Source: Gammaproteobacteria bacterium (GTDB lineage Bacteria; Pseudomonadota; Gammaproteobacteria; Ga0077554; Ga007554). From it: a DNA stretch of 64,000 nucleotides. Each line of letters opens with the position of its first letter. Positions within the stretch are counted from its first letter, which is position 1. Below the pieces are notes generated by a model. That model had not been told where the DNA came from and searched no databases. It saw nothing but the letters and a program-made list of their open reading frames with translations. Of the stretch, positions 1-9,916 are shown piece after piece. Both the position numbers and the translations under genes were made by a program. The DNA lies in NCBI GenBank assembly GCA_023266055.1, contig JAHFRW010000009.1, forward strand, positions 2,709-66,708, written 5' to 3'.

Positions 1-1329
1 AAGATAAGCCACCGGTGTTTGCACCGCCTGCGCTGCGCGCTTGCGCGTCAGGCATTCATCCATCCACGCCCCGCCCCGTTTGTGTGGGCGCGCATAAAGA
101 TCAAGATAAAATTGACCGCGCACAACCCCCAAATGATCCTTTATTTCGAAAAATCGCACGTCGGAATGCCAGGTTTCAATGCCCGTTATCTCCTGAATTT
201 CCAGGCCATACAATCGCTGCACCACTGCAAACATACCGGGTACTACACGGTGTTCCGGAAAATAAGGTTTGAGCTCTTCCTGTGATATGGCGTAGGTATG
301 CTCTCTCAGCTTTTCTGAATAATAGGGAATATCCCATGACTCCAGCTCATCGACACCATAATGACGGTGCGCAAAATCCCGTACCTCCTGCACATCGCGG
401 CGCGCAATTAACAACGAGCGCTGCGCCAGATCATGTAGAAAATCCAGCACTTGCCGGGTTGATGCAGCCATTTTGGTGGCAATCGAGCGTTCCGCATAAT
501 TGGCGAATCCCAATAACCGGGCAATTTCATGACGCAGTTCCAGAATTTTCTCCATAACCTCGGTGTTATTCCAGCGCCCCGCATTAGGACCCACATCGGA
601 AGCACGTGTCACATAGGCTTCATACATTTCACGGCGTAGCTCTCGACTATCCGCATACGTAATCACAGGATAGTACGACGGAAATTCCAGCGTGAATAAC
701 CAGCCGGTTTTCTCTGCTGCCACTGCCGACTGACGCGCCGCCGCTTTGGCAGACTCTGGCAACCCGGCAAGATCGGCTTCATCTCCAATAACCTTCTGCC
801 AGGCGTGGGTAGCATCCAGCAAATTCTCTTCGAACTTGCTGGTCAGTCCCGACAATTCCTGCATGATCGCTTTATAGCGATCCTTATCCTGCGTCGGTAA
901 CGCCACGCCCGACAAGCGAAAATCACGCAGTGCATTATCAATTATTTTCTTCTGTGCGGTATCCAGCCGGTTGTATTCAACACCGTCAGCAATAGATTGA
1001 TACGCCTGATACAGACGTTCATTCTGACCTACTTCCGAAGCATAATCGCTGAGCTTGGGCAAACAGGCGTTATACGCTGCGCGCAACGCATCGGAATTTA
1101 CGACAGAATTTATGTGACCAACGGGTGACCAGGCACGACTCAATCGTTCATTCAGTGCCTCCATAGGCTCTACCAGATTGGCCCAGGTATAGGGTCCGTT
1201 TGTAGCCAGCAATTGCTGAACCCCGGCACGATTTTCTGCCAGGATGACATCAATGGCAGGCTCAACATGTTCGGGATTAATCTGCGTAAAACGCGGCAGA
1301 CCCGTTGTTTCAAGCAAGGGATTATTCAT
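1..1329 (-). CDS. prlC: Oligopeptidase A (M3 family); gene start at 1329, 3' end (C-terminus) lies beyond the window edge
   Basis: Reverse translation from 1329 gives MNNPLLETTGLPRFTQINPEHVE..., a typical oligopeptidase A N-terminus. The open frame runs to position 1 with no stop. It is absent from the ORF track only because it is open-ended. Confidence 0.8.
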   Translation of the reverse strand, partial: MNNPLLETTGLPRFTQINPEHVEPAIDVILAENRAGVQQLLATNGPYTWANLVEPMEALNERLSRAWSPVGHINSVVNSDALRAAYNACLPKLSDYASEVGQNERLYQAYQSIADGVEYNRLDTAQKKIIDNALRDFRLSGVALPTQDKDRYKAIMQELSGLTSKFEENLLDATHAWQKVIGDEADLAGLPESAKAAARQSAVAAEKTGWLFTLEFPSYYPVITYADSRELRREMYEAYVTRASDVGPNAGRWNNTEVMEKILELRHEIARLLGFANYAERSIATKMAASTRQVLDFLHDLAQRSLLIARRDVQEVRDFAHRHYGVDELESWDIPYYSEKLREHTYAISQEELKPYFPEHRVVPGMFAVVQRLYGLEIQEITGIETWHSDVRFFEIKDHLGVVRGQFYLDLYARPHKRGGAWMDECLTRKRAAQAVQTPVAYL

Positions 1330-1454
1330 GGGTGATGTGCCTGCAAAATATCAAGTTGGGAAGATTCTAATGTAGCATAATTTCCGCCATCAATAGTATG
1401 ATACCGTGACACAGGAATACAAGACTTGATATTTATGCAAAATAATCGCACCAT

Positions 1455-1997
1455 TTGACCATGGCCATTAGAATCTACCAGAATATCATCCCCATTGTTC
1501 CTGCCAGCGCCTTTGTAGACGAGGCGGCGTTGGTTGTGGGTAATGTGACGCTGGGGGAAGACACATCCCTGTGGCCGATGAGCGTGGCGCGCGGTGATGT
1601 GCATCGCATCACGGTGGGTGCACGCAGCAACATTCAGGATGGCTCGGTATTACACGTTACCCAACCCAATCGTTTTACACCCGGCGGCCATCCCCTCATT
1701 ATCGGCAATGACGTGACGGTGGGCCACCGTGCTATCTTGCATGGCTGCACCGTGGAAGATTACGCATTGATTGGCATGGGTTCTACAGTGCTGGATGGCG
1801 CCATTGTTCATTCACGAGTACTGCTTGGTGCCGGGAGTCTGGTACCCCCCGGAAAAGAACTGGAAAGCGGTTATTTATGGTTGGGCAGCCCGGTGAGAAA
1901 AATCCGCCCATTGACGGAAAACGAACTCGCCTATTTTGCATACTCGGCTGCACATTATGTAACGTTAAAAAACAAGCATATGGAACAGCGCCGCTAA
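1455..1997 (+). CDS. Gamma-carbonic-anhydrase / YrdA-like left-handed beta-helix (hexapeptide) protein
   Basis: 180 aa; aligns along its full length with E. coli YrdA-type proteins (GDV..IG..NIQDGSVLHV...GH.LHGC). Confidence 0.85.
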   Translation: MTMAIRIYQNIIPIVPASAFVDEAALVVGNVTLGEDTSLWPMSVARGDVHRITVGARSNIQDGSVLHVTQPNRFTPGGHPLIIGNDVTVGHRAILHGCTVEDYALIGMGSTVLDGAIVHSRVLLGAGSLVPPGKELESGYLWLGSPVRKIRPLTENELAYFAYSAAHYVTLKNKHMEQRR

Positions 1998-2024
1998 AAA
2001 TTCACAAAATAAGCACCACATAAA

Positions 2025-3329
2025 TCATAAGCGACCACTGCGTTTTATGTCCAAATACCGGTTCACCATGGCTACCGGCAATCTGTCTGGCTCCACATCC
2101 AGACTAAAGACACCAGCATGTCTTACCCGTTCAAATGCCTTTTCGCGGGAATCCAGATAATAATGTGTTGCCGCCAGCGTCAGAGCATCGCTAAAGCTAG
2201 CTACGGGCTTGTTCAGCGTACTGCCAATAATCATTTCCCGCAGACTGGCTAAAAGCACTAGATGACGCTGCTTGAGCAGGTTCAATGCGGCCATTAACTC
2301 ATCACTGTCTTCATCACGCAAATTAGTCACCAAAACAACCAGGGAACGTTTTCTAAGTTTTTTCATTAAAGCGGTGACAGCATATACATAATCCGGCGTT
2401 TTTAACATGGGCTGCATGTCATATAAACGATTCATGAATTGATTTAATGTGGCACTTCCCTTTCCAGGTGGCAGATAACGCTCTTCACCCGCAAAACTCA
2501 TCATACCCACAGCATCTCCCTGACGCAGCGCCACATGGGCAAGCAGTAGCATGGCGTTAAGGGCATGGTCAAAATGTGAAAGCGTGCCATCCTGCGCCAG
2601 CATACGGCGCCCACCATCAAATAGAAATATAATTTGCTGATCTCGCTCATCCTGATATTCCCGAGAGATCAACTTATTCATTCGCGAGGTGGCTTTCCAG
2701 TCTACCTGACGCAGGGTGTCACCCTCACGATACTCACGCAACTGGTGAAATTCCAGCCCCAGACCACGTCGCCTGCGTTTACGTATTCCCATCTGGCTCA
2801 AGTGATGATCTGTTGCCAGCAGGGCATATTTTGAAACTGCGGCAAAATCGGGGTAGACACGCACTATCTGCGACTCTCCCAGCATCATGTTACGCTTCCA
2901 CAATCCCAGCGGGGATGACACAAGGACTTGTGTCATCCCAAACGTCTGATTACCACGTTGCATAAATCGTATCTGGTAATTTATTTCACCCCACGCGTCC
3001 GGCGCTATCACCATCTCCTGGGGTTGATGACGGCTTTCTGCCTGTACGGGATGATGATCATGGAGCGACAACACAACAGGTTTTTTATGGGCATTAACCA
3101 CGCGTATTTTGATGGTGCGCCACACATTGACGGGGTGAGAGCCTCGTAATTGACGCTGCACATAGGGAGCCTGCATGCGGTACAGAGAATAACCATCGAC
3201 AAATGCCATGACCGCAATCACCGCCCCTGTTACCTGCCATACCACGGAAAAGTCATCGAAAAAAGAGGCGGCTATCGCCATGACAAACCATAACCACAAC
3301 CACACAAAAAGATTTTTTGCAGCCTTCAT
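2025..3329 (-). CDS. DUF58 domain protein (vWA-like partner of MoxR) with N-terminal transmembrane segment
   Basis: 434 aa; N-terminal hydrophobic segment; sits immediately downstream of and overlaps the MoxR ATPase gene, the canonical MoxR-DUF58 pairing. Confidence 0.7.
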   Translation of the reverse strand: MKAAKNLFVWLWLWFVMAIAASFFDDFSVVWQVTGAVIAVMAFVDGYSLYRMQAPYVQRQLRGSHPVNVWRTIKIRVVNAHKKPVVLSLHDHHPVQAESRHQPQEMVIAPDAWGEINYQIRFMQRGNQTFGMTQVLVSSPLGLWKRNMMLGESQIVRVYPDFAAVSKYALLATDHHLSQMGIRKRRRRGLGLEFHQLREYREGDTLRQVDWKATSRMNKLISREYQDERDQQIIFLFDGGRRMLAQDGTLSHFDHALNAMLLLAHVALRQGDAVGMMSFAGEERYLPPGKGSATLNQFMNRLYDMQPMLKTPDYVYAVTALMKKLRKRSLVVLVTNLRDEDSDELMAALNLLKQRHLVLLASLREMIIGSTLNKPVASFSDALTLAATHYYLDSREKAFERVRHAGVFSLDVEPDRLPVAMVNRYLDIKRSGRL

Positions 3330-4321
3330 TGACGCGGCGAATCAACTTTATCAAGTAGCGCCTTTAATACATCATCACTATCATGACCTTCTATTTCGAG
3401 ATCAGGATCCAGTGTCAACCGATGCCGCAACGCGGCGGGAGCAATAACTTTCACATCATCCGGCGTCACAAAATCACGCCCCTGCAATAATGCAGCAGCA
3501 CGCGCCGCCCGAATCAAGGCAATCCCACCTCTGGGCCCGGCACCGACAGCAATACCTGGCCATTCGCGTGTAGCACGTACTATATCGAGAGCATAATCAC
3601 GCACCCTTTCATCCACACGCAATAACGAGACCAGGCGCTGCATTGCCTGAACGGTTGCAGGGCTCACGATGGTCGATACATTTTCAACATTAAGCGCATC
3701 ACCGATCCGGTCAGACGTTACCTGATTCAACATCAATCGTTCCTCATCACGGGAAGGATATCCGATTAAAACCTTCAACAAAAAACGATCAAGCTGCGCT
3801 TCAGGAAGAGGGTAAGTACCTTCCTGTTCAATAGGGTTTTGCGTGGCAAGCGTCATGAAAGGCAGACTCAACGCATAACCCTGCCCCTCAATGGTCACCT
3901 GATTCTCCTGCATTACTTCCAGCAAAGCAGCCTGGGTTTTCGCAGGCGCGCGATTGACTTCATCAGCCAGTAACAGATTGGTAAAAACCGGCCCTTTACG
4001 AACATGAAACTGCTCACTCTGAAGATTATACATGGCATGCCCGGTAATATCAGACGGCATCAAATCCGGGGTAAACTGAATACGTGAAAAATTGCCATTA
4101 AAGGTTTTGGCAATCGCCCGCACCAGCAAGGTTTTTCCCAAACCCGGCACACCTTCGATTAGCACATGTCCCGCCGCAAACAACGCAATCAGCACTTGAT
4201 CCACAATCTCAACCTGGCCAATAACCGCCTTGCCAATTTCGGCACGCATACGCTGCACAATGGTGTGGGCTTCCATTATTTTTTCCTGCGGAATTCCAGT
4301 GCTCACGAAGGGTTCACTCAC
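3326..4321 (-). CDS. MoxR-family AAA+ ATPase
   Basis: Walker A GVPGLGKT; Walker B LLADEVNRAP; length of about 330 aa typical of MoxR. The true start may be the internal MEAHT. Confidence 0.9.
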   Translation of the reverse strand: MSEPFVSTGIPQEKIMEAHTIVQRMRAEIGKAVIGQVEIVDQVLIALFAAGHVLIEGVPGLGKTLLVRAIAKTFNGNFSRIQFTPDLMPSDITGHAMYNLQSEQFHVRKGPVFTNLLLADEVNRAPAKTQAALLEVMQENQVTIEGQGYALSLPFMTLATQNPIEQEGTYPLPEAQLDRFLLKVLIGYPSRDEERLMLNQVTSDRIGDALNVENVSTIVSPATVQAMQRLVSLLRVDERVRDYALDIVRATREWPGIAVGAGPRGGIALIRAARAAALLQGRDFVTPDDVKVIAPAALRHRLTLDPDLEIEGHDSDDVLKALLDKVDSPRQ

Positions 4322-5448
4322 AACTTTCTCCTTATTATTTCCATGGTTTGGATAACGTGTGTAAAATGATACTGGTTCCCATAAACTGGTAGATCCAGCG
4401 CCTTCTCAATTTGCTGGACACTTAACCCACTGAGCACAGCCAATTCATGATACAACTGTTCATCAGACAGGCTTGCCCATCGTGGGTAGCGCAAAAATAC
4501 GGCTCGCTTCACCGAGGTGCGCATCCGCACCAACAGTGCCGACTCTCCGCCATGCCGCCATAAAAAATGGCCTGCGGCTGCAATATGTTCCAGTAGACTA
4601 CGCCGGGCCGTTCCGGGCGCGGGTAACAATACGCCAAAACGCCGACTTGCCGTCCACAACCCTAACATCAACAATAACGCGCCGCTCATCAACACCTGCC
4701 AGGCATACACAGTCAACCACTCCAGAAATGGTAACGCCTCTTCACTATAAACCAGCCATACATTGCTGTCCGGTTGAATCTGGAGAATATATGCCATGAG
4801 CACCGCGTTATCATATTTTCCAATGACATCGGAATACATAAAATCACCATTATTCAGGACCGTTACTTTTCCCTGGCCATGTTTGATCTGAACAATATAA
4901 GCACCCATATTATCTGCAACCTTCCAGGAAGGCACCTGTTTGCTTACCAGACGCGACCCGCTATTCAGATTAATTTTGAAAAAATCTCCGCGACCGGAGA
5001 TATCAAACTGAGGAGGGGGTGGCTCTGTTTCTGCCGTGCTGTCCGGATCATCAACATTAATCTCCGAAACCCCCAGGGTATCCAGTAAGGCGTCCTGCTT
5101 GTCTTGCGAGTAATATTGATTATGAGCAACCACAACCAGATGATTCCCCGTAGCGACCCAATGCAGTAATTTACCGGCAAGATCAGAGCTAAGTGTATGT
5201 CGCAGGGTAGGCATTACCAGAGTAACGCCTTGCGGTGGTATTTTTGGCATGCTGCGCATGGATTGCGCCTTGCCCTCCAGCGCAACAACCAGCCGCTGCA
5301 CTGCCAGTAACGGATTGGTTCTTGCCTCACCTTCATAACCACGGTAGGATTTTTCATTGACCCATTGATAGTTATTGTAAAACCAGAACCCCACCCATAC
5401 CGACAGGGAAATGATTGTCACACCCATAATCAATATGCGGGCGTTCAT
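4318..5448 (-). CDS. Membrane-anchored protein, DUF4350-like (assigned from conserved-operon position)
   Basis: 376 aa; N-terminal TM helix; lies between the DUF4129-like and MoxR genes with 4-nt start/stop overlaps on both sides. Confidence 0.5.
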   Translation of the reverse strand: MNARILIMGVTIISLSVWVGFWFYNNYQWVNEKSYRGYEGEARTNPLLAVQRLVVALEGKAQSMRSMPKIPPQGVTLVMPTLRHTLSSDLAGKLLHWVATGNHLVVVAHNQYYSQDKQDALLDTLGVSEINVDDPDSTAETEPPPPQFDISGRGDFFKINLNSGSRLVSKQVPSWKVADNMGAYIVQIKHGQGKVTVLNNGDFMYSDVIGKYDNAVLMAYILQIQPDSNVWLVYSEEALPFLEWLTVYAWQVLMSGALLLMLGLWTASRRFGVLLPAPGTARRSLLEHIAAAGHFLWRHGGESALLVRMRTSVKRAVFLRYPRWASLSDEQLYHELAVLSGLSVQQIEKALDLPVYGNQYHFTHVIQTMEIIRRKL

Positions 5449-6239
5449 CGCACCGCCTTTTCAGGTAATTTGACCCTTTGAAAGTGTTGATTGAATTCTT
5501 CACAGAGGGTTTTCACTACGCTGGACTCAGGAAGACGATGCGCATATACGGTAAATTGCCAAGCATGCGTCAACATACCAAAATATTTCACAAGTTCTGT
5601 CTGGTGAATGAGGCTAACACGCCGCAAACATTCACCTTCAGTGGCGCTGGCTGTAATGGCGACACCATGACGCACTATCAACATGGCTAATGCACCACGA
5701 TATAACAAACCCATCGCCTCAACAGGTTTGCCATGTGACCACAACGACATCGCTGCGGCTGGAATATCGTCAGGTAGGGATTCCTGCCGAACGTCCAGCC
5801 CAAACAAAGCTTCAGGCACTGTGAGTTTCGAAAATGATGGGCGCCTCGCAAACAGCCCCAGCCAGCGATCCCTGTAAACAATCACCACCAACACCATCAC
5901 AAAGACAAGCACCCACAACATGAATTCAAACAATGACGCAAGGTATTGTACGAACTCCATCAGTGAATGCCTCCACTCGTTCTTGCCGCCATCCGCTTTG
6001 CTGGCTTCTCCGATATAACGCAAATTTTTTTCATCTTTCTGCGTCTCGAACTCGGGTCTGGCGAGAATTTCGGTAATGGTTTTTTTTATTTCCGCAGAAA
6101 ATTCCGGTGGAATACGGGACGATGCATGCTCTAACGAAGTCGGCGCATCCTCTGCCAGCACCGGCGGGGCGATAAAAAAACAACATGCCACCATCACACA
6201 TGATATACGGCACAACAGGACATGGCATAAATTATTCAT
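5445..6239 (-). CDS. DUF4129-like protein with signal/TM segments
   Basis: 264 aa; N-terminal signal-like segment plus an internal TM helix; operon position upstream of the DUF4350-like and MoxR genes. Confidence 0.45.
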   Translation of the reverse strand: MNNLCHVLLCRISCVMVACCFFIAPPVLAEDAPTSLEHASSRIPPEFSAEIKKTITEILARPEFETQKDEKNLRYIGEASKADGGKNEWRHSLMEFVQYLASLFEFMLWVLVFVMVLVVIVYRDRWLGLFARRPSFSKLTVPEALFGLDVRQESLPDDIPAAAMSLWSHGKPVEAMGLLYRGALAMLIVRHGVAITASATEGECLRRVSLIHQTELVKYFGMLTHAWQFTVYAHRLPESSVVKTLCEEFNQHFQRVKLPEKAVR

Positions 6240-7114
6240 GCCGCTTCGCTTGCCTCAGAGGACCTTATATTGCCGGCAATATCGTGAAATACCAGCTCGA
6301 TATCCCATCCTTCAATCTGCGTACGTCGATTCAGATACAAGGCAAATCCTGCTGCCACATAAAAAGGCTCAACGATACTGATGGCCATAAAATAGAGCAT
6401 GTTGGTCAACAATCCAACCCATAAGGGCGCATTGTTATCAAGAAGCATTTCTCCAACCTGCTGCTGTACCGTATGGGGTGCCATCAGATAAACAATCGCA
6501 ATTAACGAAAACGCCAATATGCTTTCAAAGTGTATGCACGCTATCGCCAGCCATACTGCCTTGGGGCGCGTGTTTTTATTCAATATCTTTTGCCGTGCGC
6601 GCCGCGTTGCACCACGCAGGCCTTCGAGCTGAAAAATCGGAAGATTGAAAGATCGCGCAAGATCAATGCGTCGGTAAGTTAATGCGGCAATCAGCCCCGT
6701 ACGGAAAAATCCCGGTATTGCCCGCCAGGCGTCGCGTACCGTGGGCGTTTCACCAAATACCTGCCGACCATATACAAACAAGGCAACACGATCATATAAC
6801 GGTTTAAACCACCAGATTATCACCGCCACGATCCAGGCATTATATGCCTCCAGAAACTGCAGCAAGATAACAAGGGGTAACAGCAACGTAAACCAGATCA
6901 TGTACAATGATTTCCAGTAAGCCCGTGCCAGCATAAAACCCAGATCAATGGCCTCATGAGCATTACGAGGCCGCAGCGCCACCGCAAGTTGATTAATCTG
7001 CACGCTGCTTCCCCATGGCCGTAAAATAAAAAGCCACCAGGCACCAGAAAACACCACCAACAATATATTTGATATAAGCAGGAACCAGGGTACTGGATGA
7101 CCAGAATGCTTCAA
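6236..7114 (-). CDS. Polytopic membrane protein (hypothetical), member of the MoxR operon
   Basis: 292 aa with several hydrophobic helices. The 5' end overlaps the upstream ORF by about 120 nt, so the true start is probably an internal codon. Confidence 0.45.
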   Translation of the reverse strand: MKHSGHPVPWFLLISNILLVVFSGAWWLFILRPWGSSVQINQLAVALRPRNAHEAIDLGFMLARAYWKSLYMIWFTLLLPLVILLQFLEAYNAWIVAVIIWWFKPLYDRVALFVYGRQVFGETPTVRDAWRAIPGFFRTGLIAALTYRRIDLARSFNLPIFQLEGLRGATRRARQKILNKNTRPKAVWLAIACIHFESILAFSLIAIVYLMAPHTVQQQVGEMLLDNNAPLWVGLLTNMLYFMAISIVEPFYVAAGFALYLNRRTQIEGWDIELVFHDIAGNIRSSEASEAA

Positions 7115-8024
7115 TAAATGCGGCGATCAACAGCATAACCACCACACCATACATAATGCGCACACTAATCCCTGCTGCATGCAACAGCGCCTGTTGACGT
7201 GTCCGTTGTCCGGGGGCAAGCAGCGCCCACCCCAGCTTAAGACCCGCCATACCACTTAACACAATCGCGTTAAGTTCAAAGGCACCATGCCCCACCACAA
7301 AGGAATAGAATGTGTCAGTGTAACCAAACTGGGTAAGATGCCCGGCAATGGTACCCATGTATAATCCGTTAAAGACCAGATAAAACACGCTGCCCAGACC
7401 AAACATAATGCCACCTGCAAAGGTTTGGAAACCAATGCCGATGTTGTTGCGAATGTAATGCCCAAACATGAGAACATCACTGTCTGATCCACGTACTCTG
7501 CCAATATGCTCCACTGTTGGACGATACATCGCTTCCATTTCTACAGCATCGCCAGGACTGATCAGGGTATAAGCCATTTCGGGTACCAGATAGACGGCAA
7601 TACCCATCACCAATATGGGCACATACAGTAACAGCGCGGCCAACCAGAAAAATCGGACGTGCTGACGAACCAACGCAGGAAAATCAGCTGCGATAAAACG
7701 TACCATATTTGTCCACAACCCAGCGTGTGCGGCATAAAATACCTGGTGGCCACTTAACACCAATTGATTCAACCGCTCCACAACCCCGGCAGGATAATGA
7801 CGGTCACGCGCCAGCGCAAGGTGGTGGCATGCTTGACGATATAAACCGGGAAACTCTGAAAAATGGGGTTGGGATTGATCAGCAGGTAACTCCGTAACAA
7901 TCGAGGAATCTTCGGTAGCAGACGGTGTTTTTTTATTGCGCGATTCCTTGATTAAACGCCCCAGCAAATTTTCCAGACGCGTCCATTGCACCTCATGGCG
8001 GGCAACAAATTCTTGCGGGCTCAT
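6993..8024 (-). CDS. Stage II sporulation protein M-like (SpoIIM/DUF95-type) membrane protein
   Basis: 343 aa; soluble N-terminal segment followed by multiple TM helices; recurrent neighbour of RDD, DUF4129, DUF4350, MoxR and DUF58 genes. Confidence 0.5.
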   Translation of the reverse strand: MSPQEFVARHEVQWTRLENLLGRLIKESRNKKTPSATEDSSIVTELPADQSQPHFSEFPGLYRQACHHLALARDRHYPAGVVERLNQLVLSGHQVFYAAHAGLWTNMVRFIAADFPALVRQHVRFFWLAALLLYVPILVMGIAVYLVPEMAYTLISPGDAVEMEAMYRPTVEHIGRVRGSDSDVLMFGHYIRNNIGIGFQTFAGGIMFGLGSVFYLVFNGLYMGTIAGHLTQFGYTDTFYSFVVGHGAFELNAIVLSGMAGLKLGWALLAPGQRTRQQALLHAAGISVRIMYGVVVMLLIAAFIEAFWSSSTLVPAYIKYIVGGVFWCLVAFYFTAMGKQRAD

Positions 8025-8716
8025 CGTCTCCCTACCAGCCAGTTTGCTATTGCAAATAAACGCTTCACTGCCGTGTCATTGGTTGCCTGTGTCAAGGGTG
8101 CGGCGATGTTGGCCAGTTCGAGAGTACGCTCCGGTGTCAACATGCTGGCCCGCTCAGCAAACGCAATCACGGCACGCTGCTGCTCCAGCGTCAAAGGGTA
8201 AAGAGGCGGTAAGGGAGACTCCAGCGGTAGATCAGCATGCAATTCACTACCTTTATCAGGTGCAGAACGGTATACCACAATAGTGCCCGCCGCCAGATCG
8301 CCCAGGCGCTTGAAGTCACGATTAATCAGCATGGAGGCTATGCCAAAACCATAAAAGACTGGCAGAAAATCAGCAAAACGCAGCAAATTACGTGTCACGG
8401 ATGCAGACCAACCCACTGGCACACCATTGTCCTGAACAACAGCAATGCCCATAACACGTTTACCAGGCGTTGCGCCCCGATTAAAGACTTCAAACAGTAC
8501 TGGATAAAACCATTCCAGCATAAAAATGGCGATCAGGAAAATACCCAGGCCAAAGCGACCCATCAGATTGGGCAGGGACATGGCCAAAACCATATAGATG
8601 GCACCACGAATCAGAAAGTCGATATTCCAGGCAAAAAAACGCACCACCAGCCCGGCAATACGCACGTCCAGAGTGACGCCTTCCGGAACCTCAATGGCGC
8701 GGCGGGTATCGAGCAT
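8021..8716 (-). CDS. RDD family membrane protein
   Basis: 231 aa; R..D..D pattern flanking TM helices (AWNIDFLIRGAIYMV...); start/stop overlap with neighbouring genes. Confidence 0.65.
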   Translation of the reverse strand: MLDTRRAIEVPEGVTLDVRIAGLVVRFFAWNIDFLIRGAIYMVLAMSLPNLMGRFGLGIFLIAIFMLEWFYPVLFEVFNRGATPGKRVMGIAVVQDNGVPVGWSASVTRNLLRFADFLPVFYGFGIASMLINRDFKRLGDLAAGTIVVYRSAPDKGSELHADLPLESPLPPLYPLTLEQQRAVIAFAERASMLTPERTLELANIAAPLTQATNDTAVKRLFAIANWLVGRR

Positions 8717-9225
8717 CAGACCTTTACAACAACGGTATCGGCAATATTATCGTGCAGGCATTTACGGGAATCACGAAAGATCATCAAAGGGTCCACTACA
8801 CTAAATAGATTACCCGCAATGGGTATTACGCCGATCAACACGGGAATCATAACACGTAAAAAAAAGATGCGCCCTAATCCCGCACGGCTTCCGTCGGAAC
8901 GAATGATTTTAATCTTGAGAATACGTTTTCCGATGCTTTGGCCATAACGATGCCAAAAGACTAAATTCACGGCGAACACCGCAAGCATGACGATTGATGC
9001 AATGCCCATTATCCAAAGCATCCATGTCGCAGTGTCCCCACCTTGTGGGGTAATCAACATCATTAGTGGCATCACCACGGCAACAAAAGGCACCATGAAG
9101 ATAGCACCATCAATGAAAATCGCACCTACACGCGTGGATCGCTCCGCCAATACAAACGCCTGCAATTGCGTTGCAACATCATCTACCCGCGCCTGGGGTG
9201 CCTGATAGGGATTTACACTGGACAT
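8716..9225 (-). CDS. RDD family membrane protein (second paralog)
   Basis: 169 aa; RDD-like architecture (IFIDGAIFMVPF...KRILKIKIIRSDG). Confidence 0.6.
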   Translation of the reverse strand: MSSVNPYQAPQARVDDVATQLQAFVLAERSTRVGAIFIDGAIFMVPFVAVVMPLMMLITPQGGDTATWMLWIMGIASIVMLAVFAVNLVFWHRYGQSIGKRILKIKIIRSDGSRAGLGRIFFLRVMIPVLIGVIPIAGNLFSVVDPLMIFRDSRKCLHDNIADTVVVKV

Positions 9226-9482
9226 GCTGCAACCTTACAAAAATTATCACAAAAGCAGCACAATGCCTGCGGACACATGCCATAAATATCAACACAAAAC
9301 AATTGATCAAGAACAGACCAAAGGACTGCGTGATTGACTCCCGCCAACGCTTTTTGCGAAAACCCGTTTAATATCCCGTTTAATATATAGCGCCGTACTT
9401 TACCTATTCAAGCAGGGAATGTCACGGCAAGCGGAAAACGCCACCCAAACTGTCATTATACAGCCCGTGTGTGAATTACATC

Positions 9483-9632
9483 TCAAGGATGCAGAATGTC
9501 CTGCGCCTTTTGTTCCGCAACCGTCTCTGCGGCACTCTTCTTCCTGGCGTTAAGGCTTAGCGCCACTATGCCACCAATGATACCGCCCAACGTAAACGAA
9601 ATTACTGCTACTTCCATAAGAAAATCAGCCAT
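9483..9632 (-). CDS. Small membrane protein (49 aa, single TM helix); not in the ORF track because it is under 60 aa
   Basis: Hand translation gives MADFLMEVAVISFTLGGIIGGIVALSLNARKKSAAETVAEQKAQDILHP: a hydrophobic helix followed by a charged tail. Confidence 0.3.
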   Translation of the reverse strand: MADFLMEVAVISFTLGGIIGGIVALSLNARKKSAAETVAEQKAQDILHP

Positions 9633-9916
9633 GACACCACCATCCCGCTACACTCGTTACCCAACCGTTTATAAAGATTGCTGCCCCATTTAAGATGTTG
9701 TCGTCAATATGTGACAAACAACCTCTCCCGAGAAATTTATCGGCCAATAAATCCCAGGATTAACCCCGTTTTTAACGATTTTCACGATTTTTTTACAGTG
9801 AAACGGCTAAATTCACGGATTCCGGATATGTCCACAAACTCCTTGATCAAGCTGATGCAGAAATCGCGCCAGGATAGTCGCGCATTTTCAAACAAGATCC
9901 GGGTATACTGGCGCCT

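Noticed and set aside
8237-8947. 236-aa plus-strand ORF
   Set aside because: Lies antisense across two RDD genes; low-complexity His/Thr/Gln-rich translation typical of a shadow frame.
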